This document shows positions 37,416-46,166 of a stretch of DNA of 64,000 bases, in pieces. The stretch's first letter is position 1; every line of letters begins with the position of its first letter. The position numbers were made by a program, and so were the translations under genes. The notes under the pieces were generated by a model, which did not search any database, was not told the DNA's origin, and was given only the letters and a program-made list of their open reading frames with translations. Origin of the DNA: an uncultured delta proteobacterium (GTDB taxonomy: Bacteria; Desulfobacterota; Binatia; UBA9968); the NCBI GenBank assembly GCA_963816145.1, contig CAWFJP010000030.1:320001-384000 (forward strand). Direction: 5' to 3'.

Positions 37416-37628
37416 CTAGAGCAGTCTCAGCGCATACTCGAGGATTTCGCTGAGCTTGCGGATTTGGGTTGCGCGCATGGATCGTTCTTCGCGTGGCGCG
37501 GCGAAGTAATCATCGACGCTCTTTTTCAAATTCCACTCCAAAAGCTCGATGCATTGATGCATGCTGACTTTTTCCGACTTGCGCCGGCGGGCTTGATGCA
37601 GCTCTTGTAGTTGAATGATCTGACCCAT
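37416..37628 (-). CDS. Small hypothetical protein
   Basis: MGQIIQLQELHQARRRK... helical ORF filling the gap between co-oriented genes. Confidence 0.5.
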   Translation of the reverse strand: MGQIIQLQELHQARRRKSEKVSMHQCIELLEWNLKKSVDDYFAAPREERSMRATQIRKLSEILEYALRLL

Positions 37629-37710
37629 ACCAGCGGCCAGGATAGGGCAGCGCAAAAAATAGTCAAGGCCTCGAAGACGAATATGGCACAATAAGGACAA
37701 CGCCAAGAAA

Positions 37711-38775
37711 TCAGCGCACCGCTGGCTGCTGTTGCGTGACGCAGTGAATCGCGCCTAAACCGGCCACCACTTCATTGCAGCGCAGGCCGATTATTTTTCG
37801 CTTGGGAAAACATTCTTGCAAGAGTCCCAGAGCTTTATGGTCGTTGCCATCGTCGAACACCGGCACGAGCACGACCTCGTTGGCGATGTAAAAATTAGCG
37901 TAGCTCGCCGGCAGCCGCGCGCCGTCGTAGAAAACCGGCGCCGGACAGGGCAAGCAAACGATTTCTAACTTCTTGCCGTCCTGATCGCGGGCGCTCTGCA
38001 AGCGCTCGTAGTTTTCTTGCAAGAAGCGGTAGTTATCGTCATGAGGATTTGCCTCGACAATACATGCAACTACCGTCGGATTGACAAAGCGCGCGATATC
38101 GTCGATATGGCCGTCGGTATCGTCGCCGACAATCCCTTCGCCGAGCCAGAGAATCTGCCGTACGCCAAGCGATGCTTTAAGAAAATCTTCGATCTGCGTG
38201 CGGCTCAAATTTGGATTGCGATTGCGGTTGAGGAGGCACTGTTCGGTGGTCAGACATGTTCCACTGCCGTTCACTTCGATGGAACCGCCTTCAAGGATCA
38301 ATTTGTGCTCGAACACCGGCAATTGCAGAAGCTCTGCGATCGCGCGCGCCACCCGATCGTCTTCCTCGTAAGCTTGGTACTTGCCGCCCCAACCGTTGAA
38401 GATCCAATCGTTGAACGCCAGCGGCCGGTCCGTGGCGTTCCGGGTGACGAATGTCGGGCCGTAATCGCGCATCCAGACATCGACCGTGGGGATCTCCAGC
38501 AGGGTCACATTGTTCATTGCCGCTTTGGCGCCGTTGAGCCGCGCCGCCAACTGTGTTTTTGCGGCGCCATCGTTGACCAGCAAGTAAACCTGCTCGTGGG
38601 GCGACAGCGCCGCCACCATCTGCACCCAGATGTCCCGGACTTTTTCCAAGTCGGTCGGCCAGGTTTCTAAATTATGCGGCCAGGACAGCCAGGTGGCCCG
38701 ATGCGGCGCCCACTCGGCCGGCATGGAATAACCCAAACTAGTAGGCGTGGATGAACTCGGGAATGAATTTGCCAT
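37711..38775 (-). CDS. aguA: Agmatine deiminase
   Basis: MPAEW, WMRDYGP, LEGGSIE, DDTDGHID, ASYANFY, GAIHCVTQQQP. Confidence 0.93.
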   Translation of the reverse strand: MANSFPSSSTPTSLGYSMPAEWAPHRATWLSWPHNLETWPTDLEKVRDIWVQMVAALSPHEQVYLLVNDGAAKTQLAARLNGAKAAMNNVTLLEIPTVDVWMRDYGPTFVTRNATDRPLAFNDWIFNGWGGKYQAYEEDDRVARAIAELLQLPVFEHKLILEGGSIEVNGSGTCLTTEQCLLNRNRNPNLSRTQIEDFLKASLGVRQILWLGEGIVGDDTDGHIDDIARFVNPTVVACIVEANPHDDNYRFLQENYERLQSARDQDGKKLEIVCLPCPAPVFYDGARLPASYANFYIANEVVLVPVFDDGNDHKALGLLQECFPKRKIIGLRCNEVVAGLGAIHCVTQQQPAVR

Positions 38776-38800
38776 GGAATGCTGTTTTCAATCTGAGGGA

Positions 38801-39685
38801 TTAGCGGTCGAGCGAACGGGTCAGTAACGCGCCGTACGCGTCGATACGCCGGTCGCGCAGAAACGGCCAGGCTTGGCGCGTCTCTTCGATCTTGCTGAGA
38901 TCGCAATTGGCGATGAGAATCTCTTCCCGCTTTGCGCCGGCATGGGCAACGATCTCGCCCAGCGGCCCGGCGACAAACGAATTGCCCCAAAACCTGATCT
39001 TGCCTTCGCTGCCGACGCGGTTGACCGAGACAACGTAAACCCCGTTGGCGATCGCGTGCGAGCGCTGTATCAACTCCCACGCGTTGCGTTGATTCCGCGC
39101 CACGGTGCGCGGCTCCTTCGGTATCCAGCCGATCGCTGTCGGATAAAACAAGATCTGTGCGCCGCCCAGCACCGCCGCCCGCGCCCCTTCGGGAAACCAC
39201 TGATCCCAGCAGACCAGCACCGCGATCCTGGCGTAGCGCGTCTGAAAACTGGGGAAGCCTAGATCGCCGGGGGTGAAATAAAATTTTTCGTAATAGAGCG
39301 GATCGTCGGGAATATGCATCTTGCGGTACTTGCCGGCAATCGAACCATCGGCATCGAGCACCACCGCAGTGTTGTGGTAGATGCCGGCTGTGCGCCGCTC
39401 GAAGAGCGACGCGACGATGACGATTTTCTTTCGCCGCGCCACCGCGCCTAAAACTTCCGTGCTCGGCCCGGGAATAGGTTCAGCAAGCTTGAAGTTACGA
39501 GGGTCCTCGCTCTGGCAAAAATAACGCGAGCGAAACAGCTCCTGCAGGCAGACGATCTTGGTGCCCTTCTTGGCCGCCGCTTCAATGCGTTGCACGGCTT
39601 TGGCGAGATTGGCGATGGGGTCGTTGGCGCAGCTCATCTGCACCAAGGCAATTTTAACTTGCTCGGGATTTTTCGTTCTTGCCAT
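38801..39685 (-). CDS. aguB: N-carbamoylputrescine amidase (carbon-nitrogen hydrolase)
   Basis: LQELF, YRKMHIPDDP.YYEKFYFTPGD, CWDQWFPE, WPFLRDRR; adjacent to aguA. Confidence 0.9.
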   Translation of the reverse strand: MARTKNPEQVKIALVQMSCANDPIANLAKAVQRIEAAAKKGTKIVCLQELFRSRYFCQSEDPRNFKLAEPIPGPSTEVLGAVARRKKIVIVASLFERRTAGIYHNTAVVLDADGSIAGKYRKMHIPDDPLYYEKFYFTPGDLGFPSFQTRYARIAVLVCWDQWFPEGARAAVLGGAQILFYPTAIGWIPKEPRTVARNQRNAWELIQRSHAIANGVYVVSVNRVGSEGKIRFWGNSFVAGPLGEIVAHAGAKREEILIANCDLSKIEETRQAWPFLRDRRIDAYGALLTRSLDR

Positions 39686-39722
39686 GATGCCGGCTAATCT
39701 AACTGAAATAGCTCAAAGAAAC

Positions 39723-39763
39723 AAAAAAAAGGGAGGGGAAAAGTAACCACCTTTCCCCTCCCT
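39723..39763 (-). terminator. Intrinsic terminator
   Basis: agggaggggaaa...tttcccctccct stem with poly-T on the minus strand. Confidence 0.75.
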
Positions 39764-39782
39764 CGGACTGCGCTACCCTGAA

Positions 39783-40502
39783 CTATTTAAGATGCTGCGC
39801 GAAGAAACTCTTGGTCTTTTCCCAGGCATCGGCAGCCGACTTTTCATGATAGCTGCCGCGCTCGTCGCAGAAAAAGCCGTGGCCCGCGTCGGGATAGATC
39901 TTCATCTGGAACGGCACCTTTTTGGTCGTCAATTCGGTATTGATCTGACCCACCTGATCCATCGGGATCAGCTGATCCTTGGCGCCAAAGAATAGATACA
40001 TCGGGCATTTGATCTCGCCGGTGCGCGACAACGGGCTCGGATTGCCCATGGTAATGCCGCCGCCGTAATACGGCACCGCGCACTTCACGTCATTGGCGTG
40101 ATGCGCCGCGCTCAAATAGGTCAAGCGTCCACCCATGCAGAAGCCGACCACGCCGAGAGAACCGGATTTGACGTTGCTTTGCGATTTCAAGTGTGCGATC
40201 GCCGCACTGACATCTTCCATCGCCTTGGGATCCTGCACCCGCTGCAGGGTCGCAATCGCCTTGGCCATGTCGGAGAACGGAATCACCCGCTCCGCCTCGC
40301 GATGAAAAATATCCGGGCAGATCGCCACGTAGCCTTCGGCCGCGATCCGATCTGTGACTTTCTTCATGTGATCGTTCACACCAAAAGCTTCCTGTATTAC
40401 GACGATGCCCGGATAACTGCCGCCTTCCTTCGGCTGCGCCACGTAGGCATCCATCTTGCCGTCAGAAATGTTGAGTTGAACAGTAGAGTTGGAAACGTCC
40501 AT
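39783..40502 (-). CDS. Dienelactone hydrolase family protein
   Basis: QEAFG, GFCMGG nucleophile elbow, D, YPDAGHGF. Confidence 0.93.
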   Translation of the reverse strand: MDVSNSTVQLNISDGKMDAYVAQPKEGGSYPGIVVIQEAFGVNDHMKKVTDRIAAEGYVAICPDIFHREAERVIPFSDMAKAIATLQRVQDPKAMEDVSAAIAHLKSQSNVKSGSLGVVGFCMGGRLTYLSAAHHANDVKCAVPYYGGGITMGNPSPLSRTGEIKCPMYLFFGAKDQLIPMDQVGQINTELTTKKVPFQMKIYPDAGHGFFCDERGSYHEKSAADAWEKTKSFFAQHLK

Positions 40503-40602
40503 CGGTACCTCCTTAGATTCGTGAATGACAGTTCAAAGTGGATTTTGTCTATCAAATTTCGCCGCAGCGGTCCACACCTCATCGAGGCGACTTCAGGAAA
40601 AT

Positions 40603-41457
40603 TCAATCATGCTTGCGGCAGAACTCGAGAACCCGATCGACCACTGTTTGCGTCGACTGCTGCGGCGGCATGACGTTCCAAAATTCGTTATTGGGCAGTA
40701 ACTCCCGCAGGTAATGCGCGCCCGAGGTCGCGTGGGACGGGTCGTCGCCGGGGATGATCAGCGACGGCGTCTTGATTCCCATCACCTCTTCGGGCTCGGC
40801 GCCGGGTGCGGTGTCGCGGTCAAACAAAGTTCGGCCGCTAGTGATCATCATCCCCAGGTAGTGTTCCAAATCTTGCTTGACGAAGCGGTCGGCGAATTCT
40901 TTGTCGCGCGCGATCATCCCGGCCCAGGGACCGGTTTCCGGGTCGAGCCAAAAACTTTTCTTGTCTTGGGCGCGCTCAACCACGCCTTTGAGCCCATTTT
41001 GTTTGGCAAACTCACAGTGGCGCATGAAGCGCGCCTGGCTGTTGGCCTTCCAACGATAGCCGCCCACCGGCCAATGCAGCAGCAAGCCACGGGTCGCTTG
41101 CGGATAATGCACGCCGAAAGCGAGGGCCATGGAACAACCCATGCAGCCACCGAGAATCCAGGCCGAATCGATCTTCAGATGATCGAGCAACGCTTTGCCA
41201 TGACGCGTGAAAGTCGCCCAGGTCAATCGCTCGACCCGCCCGCCGGACTGGCCGCACTCGCGCCGGTCGTAGACTATCACCCGATGCTCTGCCGCGAGCG
41301 CTTGGATCGCGTCGATTCCCGTCCAGGCGCTCGCCACGCGCCACTTATCGATTGTCGCGTCGAACCCGCCCGGCGCGCACATTAAAATCGCCGTTCCCGA
41401 ACCATGAACCTCATAGTAAGTGTCAATCCCATCGACATTGGCTAGCGGCATGAGCAT
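40603..41457 (-). CDS. Alpha/beta hydrolase with Cys nucleophile elbow
   Basis: YYEVHGSG, YDRRECGQS, GGCMG in the GxSxG position. Confidence 0.85.
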   Translation of the reverse strand: MLMPLANVDGIDTYYEVHGSGTAILMCAPGGFDATIDKWRVASAWTGIDAIQALAAEHRVIVYDRRECGQSGGRVERLTWATFTRHGKALLDHLKIDSAWILGGCMGCSMALAFGVHYPQATRGLLLHWPVGGYRWKANSQARFMRHCEFAKQNGLKGVVERAQDKKSFWLDPETGPWAGMIARDKEFADRFVKQDLEHYLGMMITSGRTLFDRDTAPGAEPEEVMGIKTPSLIIPGDDPSHATSGAHYLRELLPNNEFWNVMPPQQSTQTVVDRVLEFCRKHD

Positions 41458-41563
41458 CTCTCCTTTGGTTTGCTGGACTTCAATAACTGCGACCAGTAAG
41501 ATTTAGCACGCTGCCCGCTCGGAAGGAAAGTTCGCAAGCCCATGCAGCGCGGAGGCAAGATCT

Positions 41564-42379
41564 GTGAGCGATCGCGACATCGAAGTGAAATTCACTGAAC
41601 TGCTCAATGTCATGACGCAACTGCGCAGCGACAACGGTTGCCCCTGGGACAGGGAGCAGACCCACCTCTCGCTCAAGCCCTGTTTGCTCGAAGAAACCTA
41701 TGAACTGCTCGAAGCGCTGGACGACGGCGGCGCGAAAAAGGTGAAAGAGGAGCTGGGCGACGTGCTGCTCCAGGTCGTCTTTCATTCGCAGATCGCCAGC
41801 GAAGAAAACCGTTTTACCATCAAGGACGTGATTGAAATTCTTATCGACAAGTTGGTGCGCCGGCATCCCTACGTCTTCGCCGGCGAACCGCTGCCGGAGG
41901 ATCCCGCCGCCGCGCTCAAACAGCGGGCGCAGCTCAAAGCCAATGAAAAGAAAGACGGCGAAAGCAGATCAGCGCTCGGCAACGTGCCCAAAGCGATGCC
42001 GGCGCTGGCGCGGGCGCAATCGATCTCGCGGCGCGCCGCCAGTTTGGGCTTCGAATGGCCGAGTATCGATCAGGTCTGGGCCAAGGTCGACGAAGAGATG
42101 CGCGAACTCAAACAAGCCGTCGCGTCCGGCGACAAAGTCCACACCGGCGAGGAGCTTGGCGACCTTCTCTTCACTATGGTCAATATCGCGCGTTTTCTCG
42201 ATGTCGAATCCGAGGCGGTCCTGGCGCAGACCATCGAACGATTTACTCGGCGGTTTCACCACATCGAAGCCAAGCTGCGCCAAGCCAACAAAGATTTCGC
42301 CCAATCGTCCATCGACGAAATGGACCGCTACTGGGACGAAGCGAAAAAACTCGAAGCCCAAGGGAAGCTCGCGAAATGA
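41564..42379 (+). CDS. mazG: Nucleoside triphosphate pyrophosphohydrolase MazG
   Basis: GCPWDREQT, EETYE, EELGDVLLQVVFH, RRHP, EELGDLLF. Confidence 0.95.
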   Translation: MSDRDIEVKFTELLNVMTQLRSDNGCPWDREQTHLSLKPCLLEETYELLEALDDGGAKKVKEELGDVLLQVVFHSQIASEENRFTIKDVIEILIDKLVRRHPYVFAGEPLPEDPAAALKQRAQLKANEKKDGESRSALGNVPKAMPALARAQSISRRAASLGFEWPSIDQVWAKVDEEMRELKQAVASGDKVHTGEELGDLLFTMVNIARFLDVESEAVLAQTIERFTRRFHHIEAKLRQANKDFAQSSIDEMDRYWDEAKKLEAQGKLAK

Positions 42380-43353
42380 GCAAGCCGCAAGCAAGCATTG
42401 TTTTTCTCGACGCCGCCACCTACGGCGACATGCCGCTAACGGCATTCACCGAGACTTGGCACTGCAAGGTGCATCAAGTGACAAACGCCGCACAAACTGG
42501 TGAGCGACTAGCGGGGCACGCCATCGCCGTCACTAACAAAGTCGTCATTGACGAAGCGATATTGAATTCCACCGCCGTCCGCGAGCTGAAGCTTATCGCC
42601 GTGGCCGCCACCGGCACCGACGTCATCGACAAAGGAGCCGCAAGCAAACGCGGCGTCAAAGTCTGCAATGTGCCGGGCTACGCCAGCCAATCGGTGGCCC
42701 AATTTACCATGGCGCTGATCTTGGAGCTGGCCAGCCGCGCCAACAGCTATGCCGCCGCCGTGAAAGCCGGTGAATGGCAGAAGAGTCCGATTTTCGCTCT
42801 CCTAACATTTCCGAACATGGAACTCGCCGGCAAGAAACTTGGCATCATTGGTTTCGGCAACATTGGCAAGACGGTGGCGCAGATGGCGCGCGGCTTCGGC
42901 ATGGAGATCCTCATCGGCGCTCGCCCCGGAGAGCTGACACCCGGAGCAGATCGAGTCCCCTTGGCAGAGCTATTTCGCCAAGCCGATTTCATTTCGCTGC
43001 ACTGCCCGCTGACCGCCGAGACGAGAAATTTGATCAACGGCCAACCTTTGGCGTCGATGAAACCGAGCGCATTTCTAATCAATACCGCCCGCGGCGCTCT
43101 GATCGACGAGCCGGCGCTGATTGAAGCGCTAAGCAACAAGCGCATCGCCGGCGCCGCCCTCGATGTGATCACGCAAGAGCCGCCGGCCGCCGATCACCCG
43201 ATCATCCGCGCCGCCTCCGAGTTGGACAGTCTCATCGTCACGCCGCACACCGCCTGGTCGGCGCGCGAAGCGCGCGAGCGGCTGTTAGTGGAAGTCAAAA
43301 CCAACATTGAAGCATTTCTGCGCGGCGAGCCGCGAAATCTTGTGGCGCAATAG
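42376..43353 (+). CDS. D-2-hydroxyacid dehydrogenase (glycerate dehydrogenase/hydroxypyruvate reductase-like)
   Basis: TNKVVI, ATGTD, GFGNIG, SLHCPL, INTARG, TPHTAW; ATGA overlap with mazG. Confidence 0.9.
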   Translation: MSKPQASIVFLDAATYGDMPLTAFTETWHCKVHQVTNAAQTGERLAGHAIAVTNKVVIDEAILNSTAVRELKLIAVAATGTDVIDKGAASKRGVKVCNVPGYASQSVAQFTMALILELASRANSYAAAVKAGEWQKSPIFALLTFPNMELAGKKLGIIGFGNIGKTVAQMARGFGMEILIGARPGELTPGADRVPLAELFRQADFISLHCPLTAETRNLINGQPLASMKPSAFLINTARGALIDEPALIEALSNKRIAGAALDVITQEPPAADHPIIRAASELDSLIVTPHTAWSAREARERLLVEVKTNIEAFLRGEPRNLVAQ

Positions 43354-43451
43354 AACTCTTTGTGACAGGCCGGTCTCGGCTCCATACACGCGCTTCCAAT
43401 AGATGAGCGCGGCGAGACAAGCCGGTTTTTCTCCGCGCAGCCGTATTCACG

Positions 43452-44492
43452 TTACATCCTTCGGGTATGGTGCCGGCTTGCCGCCGGCGCATCAACGTCG
43501 ACCTTGACGTCGGGCGGCGAGTTGCGTGACAAAGTCTTGAGTAGCCAGGGTCTAACGATCAGGGTGAAACCTTTCGGCGCTGCGCGAGCCGACATCGATA
43601 AGCCGATCCCGCCAAGAATCGCCGTAGCGGCGATCAACGAGCGTGCCGTGGCCTCTTCCGACAAGAATGCGACTCCGCCGAACGCGGCGATCACCGGGAC
43701 GGAAAGCTGCAAAGTGGCCGCACGGGTCGCGGTCAGCCGGTCAAGTACCGTATACCAAATGACATAGCCCAGAGCCGAAGTGATTGTGCCGGAAAGAACC
43801 GCCCAGATGACACCGACGGGCGAGGCCGTCAGCAGCGGCAATTGGACCAGCGCCAAAACCAGGACCAACGGCACCGCCCGCAAAAAGTTATCCGCGGTTG
43901 TTTGAACTGGATCGCCCACGCCGCGGCCAAGAAGTGAATAGGCGCCCCAGGCGATCCCCGCCGCCGCCATGAGCATCGAGCCAGCGAATGACGGCGCGGC
44001 GATCCCCGGAAAAATCAGATAGACCAGTCCTGTCATCGCCACGAACCACCCCAACCATTCTAACGGCGAAGGTTTCTCGCCCGCTCGGAGGGCGGATCCG
44101 ATCATGGTCAGCTGCACCGCGGCGAAGAGGATCAACGCTCCGGTGCCGGCACTCAGGCTGCGATAGGCGTACGCAAAGGCTGCCGCGTAGAGAAATAGCA
44201 GGGCCCCGGCACCCCAGCTTCCACTCGATCTCGTGGGCGATAGGCGACTACCGAGAAATCTCCCGATCAGCCGCAACATCAGAGCACCCGAAACCAACCG
44301 CACCGCCGTATAGCTCGCCGGATCGATGGCCGCCGAGCCAAGAGCGAGCCGGCACAGAATTGAATTTCCGGCAAACGCCGTCAGCGCGATTGCGGTCAGC
44401 GCTACGGTGCAAACGGCACGACTGGTTTTCCTGCTCGGCAAAACCATCGACTGGGTGGAAAATTTTTCAGCCATGACCGTCTTATCGCACAT
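43452..44492 (-). CDS. DMT/EamA family transporter
   Basis: AFAGNSILCRLAL, GTGALILF.AVQ, SALGYVIWY, QLSVPVIAA; about 10 TM; start codon uncertain. Confidence 0.88.
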   Translation of the reverse strand: MCDKTVMAEKFSTQSMVLPSRKTSRAVCTVALTAIALTAFAGNSILCRLALGSAAIDPASYTAVRLVSGALMLRLIGRFLGSRLSPTRSSGSWGAGALLFLYAAAFAYAYRSLSAGTGALILFAAVQLTMIGSALRAGEKPSPLEWLGWFVAMTGLVYLIFPGIAAPSFAGSMLMAAAGIAWGAYSLLGRGVGDPVQTTADNFLRAVPLVLVLALVQLPLLTASPVGVIWAVLSGTITSALGYVIWYTVLDRLTATRAATLQLSVPVIAAFGGVAFLSEEATARSLIAATAILGGIGLSMSARAAPKGFTLIVRPWLLKTLSRNSPPDVKVDVDAPAASRHHTRRM

Positions 44493-44502
44493 TGGGAGCC
44501 GA

Positions 44503-44916
44503 TCAAAAATACTGACAGTGATCGGCTTTGATCGCCTTTTCGTTCAAAAACCACGACGAATCGACGATACCCGCCGCTTCGGGAATGAGGCCCGCCTCGT
44601 CGACAGCGAAAGTCGCCGCCGCCAGCCGGCAAGCGTAAAGCGCGACATTTCCGGTGCCGGCCAGAAGTTTCAAGAAATCGTAGATACCCGAAATCCCTTC
44701 TTCGGCCATGCTCCGGCGCAGCCATAGGTCGTCAGACTCGTGACGCGGATCGATCGTAAGCGCTGCGGCGCCCTTTTCGGTCAGCGCGCGCACCGCCCAG
44801 AGCACGAAGAGAATATCGACCTGAACTCCCTCGCGCGCCTGCAAGTAGGCAAAGGTCAACGGGGTCAATAGCTTGTCGAAAGCGTCGTCGCGAATCACAA
44901 TAGCCAGCCGTTGCAT
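44503..44916 (-). CDS. DsrE/DsrF/DrsH-like family protein
   Basis: G.QVDILF..WAV, LYAC motif, GIVDSSWFL. Confidence 0.7.
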   Translation of the reverse strand: MQRLAIVIRDDAFDKLLTPLTFAYLQAREGVQVDILFVLWAVRALTEKGAAALTIDPRHESDDLWLRRSMAEEGISGIYDFLKLLAGTGNVALYACRLAAATFAVDEAGLIPEAAGIVDSSWFLNEKAIKADHCQYF

Positions 44917-45055
44917 GATCCATCCTCACGCTGACGGGCGGTGAATCCTATCGCATGTCCAACTGGCCCACCGCCCGCAGTACAGCTTCCTGCAAAACGT
45001 CACTTGTCATGTAGAAATGCGACGGCCGCAGCCTCGCGGCCGTCGCTTATCACCC

Positions 45056-45967
45056 TCAGCTGAACGCCTTTGCCATGGCCTCGATCTGCTCTTTCGCCTC
45101 AGGCTTGATCTGTTCCACCGTGGCGAGAAAGTTCGGATGGGTCATACCTGTGCCGAGATAGGTCCAGCGCATCCCTTTCAACACAGTCTCGCACATCTCC
45201 TGACGCTCATGGTTTGCAAGCTTGCGCCCGCTCGCCCGATCGAAGGCGGCAACATCGAACTCCGACTGCTGCTGGAGACCTTGGTCGATGAAGGCGCCAA
45301 TCTTGCCGTACTCCTCGAACGCCAGGTCGATTTCATCCGGCGTCGCCGTGGCCGCCATTTCCTCGACGATCAAAGTATCGATCTTGGTGTGCTGCGACTC
45401 CTCCAACCAGTGATGCTTCAACAGGCTCTTGAACTGCGAATCGAGCTCTTGGTTATCGCGTACGCTGTCGATGTAGTGCCGCAGCGTGATCCACTCGATA
45501 TGCAGGACCGCTATTCCGACGCCCAGCGGACTGTGCGATAGCACGAAGCGTTTGACGTCTTCCGCTGGACCGATGAACTCACACTGGCTGCCAAAGCCCG
45601 CGGCAAAGTCGTTGCGGAACTGTTTGAACAGATGAATATGTTTGGCCTCTTCACCGGCGAATTTGAGCAGCGCGCGAGTGCGAAAGTCGTCGCCGCTCAA
45701 CTGCGCCCTTGCGTGGTCGACGGCGAATGGCAAAATGAACTCTTCGACCAGACCGAACATGGCGAGATATTCGTGGCCGCGGATTTGGTTCAAGAGCCGT
45801 TTCTCCTCAGCGGATAGAAATCCCAGCCCATCCACCTGCGCCAACGATTCCGGCATGAACGGCTTGGCAAAATCCAACCGCTTGTCGCCGCCGATGAGAT
45901 CCTCGATGCGCCAGTTGATCCGTTCCGATGTTTCCAAGGCGTCCTGATAACTGTAGTGATTCTTCAT
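45056..45967 (-). CDS. Ferritin-like diiron oxygenase (AurF-like)
   Basis: VEEFI, EEAKH, HIEW, HHWLEESQH ligand pattern; GGAGG SD. Confidence 0.75.
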   Translation of the reverse strand: MKNHYSYQDALETSERINWRIEDLIGGDKRLDFAKPFMPESLAQVDGLGFLSAEEKRLLNQIRGHEYLAMFGLVEEFILPFAVDHARAQLSGDDFRTRALLKFAGEEAKHIHLFKQFRNDFAAGFGSQCEFIGPAEDVKRFVLSHSPLGVGIAVLHIEWITLRHYIDSVRDNQELDSQFKSLLKHHWLEESQHTKIDTLIVEEMAATATPDEIDLAFEEYGKIGAFIDQGLQQQSEFDVAAFDRASGRKLANHERQEMCETVLKGMRWTYLGTGMTHPNFLATVEQIKPEAKEQIEAMAKAFS

Positions 45968-46021
45968 GACCCTTCCTCCGTAATTTTTTTTTCCGGCTCC
46001 GCGCCGTTACCATGGATCGAT

Positions 46022-46037
46022 TGCGCAAACCATGCCA
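46022..46037 (-). promoter_or_regulatory. Sigma54 -24/-12 promoter
   Basis: Minus strand TGGCATGGTTTGCGCA = GG-N10-GC, about 55 nt upstream of the start codon at 45967. Confidence 0.7.
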
Positions 46038-46108
46038 ACGCCGTGTTGTAACCAAATAGTTTTAGAAATCAGGAGCTTAAGAAGTTAATTCAGGGATGAA
46101 CAGACGAT

Positions 46109-46133
46109 GAGATTTCGTTACTAACGAAATCTC
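46109..46133. promoter_or_regulatory. Candidate upstream activator sequence (FhlA-like)
   Basis: Perfect inverted repeat gagatttcgtta-c-taacgaaatctc about 70-95 bp upstream of the -24 box. Confidence 0.6.
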
Positions 46134-46166
46134 GTCAGGGCGGAAAATGATTTCTCGTGAGTGTGA

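Noticed and set aside
42055-42375. N-terminal extensions in the ORF track (also 23289-24644, 54063, 11788, 28865)
   Set aside because: They overlap upstream genes or repeats; downstream ATGs with SD or ATGA coupling fit better
41564-42379. mazG as an anti-phage component
   Set aside because: Housekeeping two-domain MazG coupled to a dehydrogenase; no defence genes nearby
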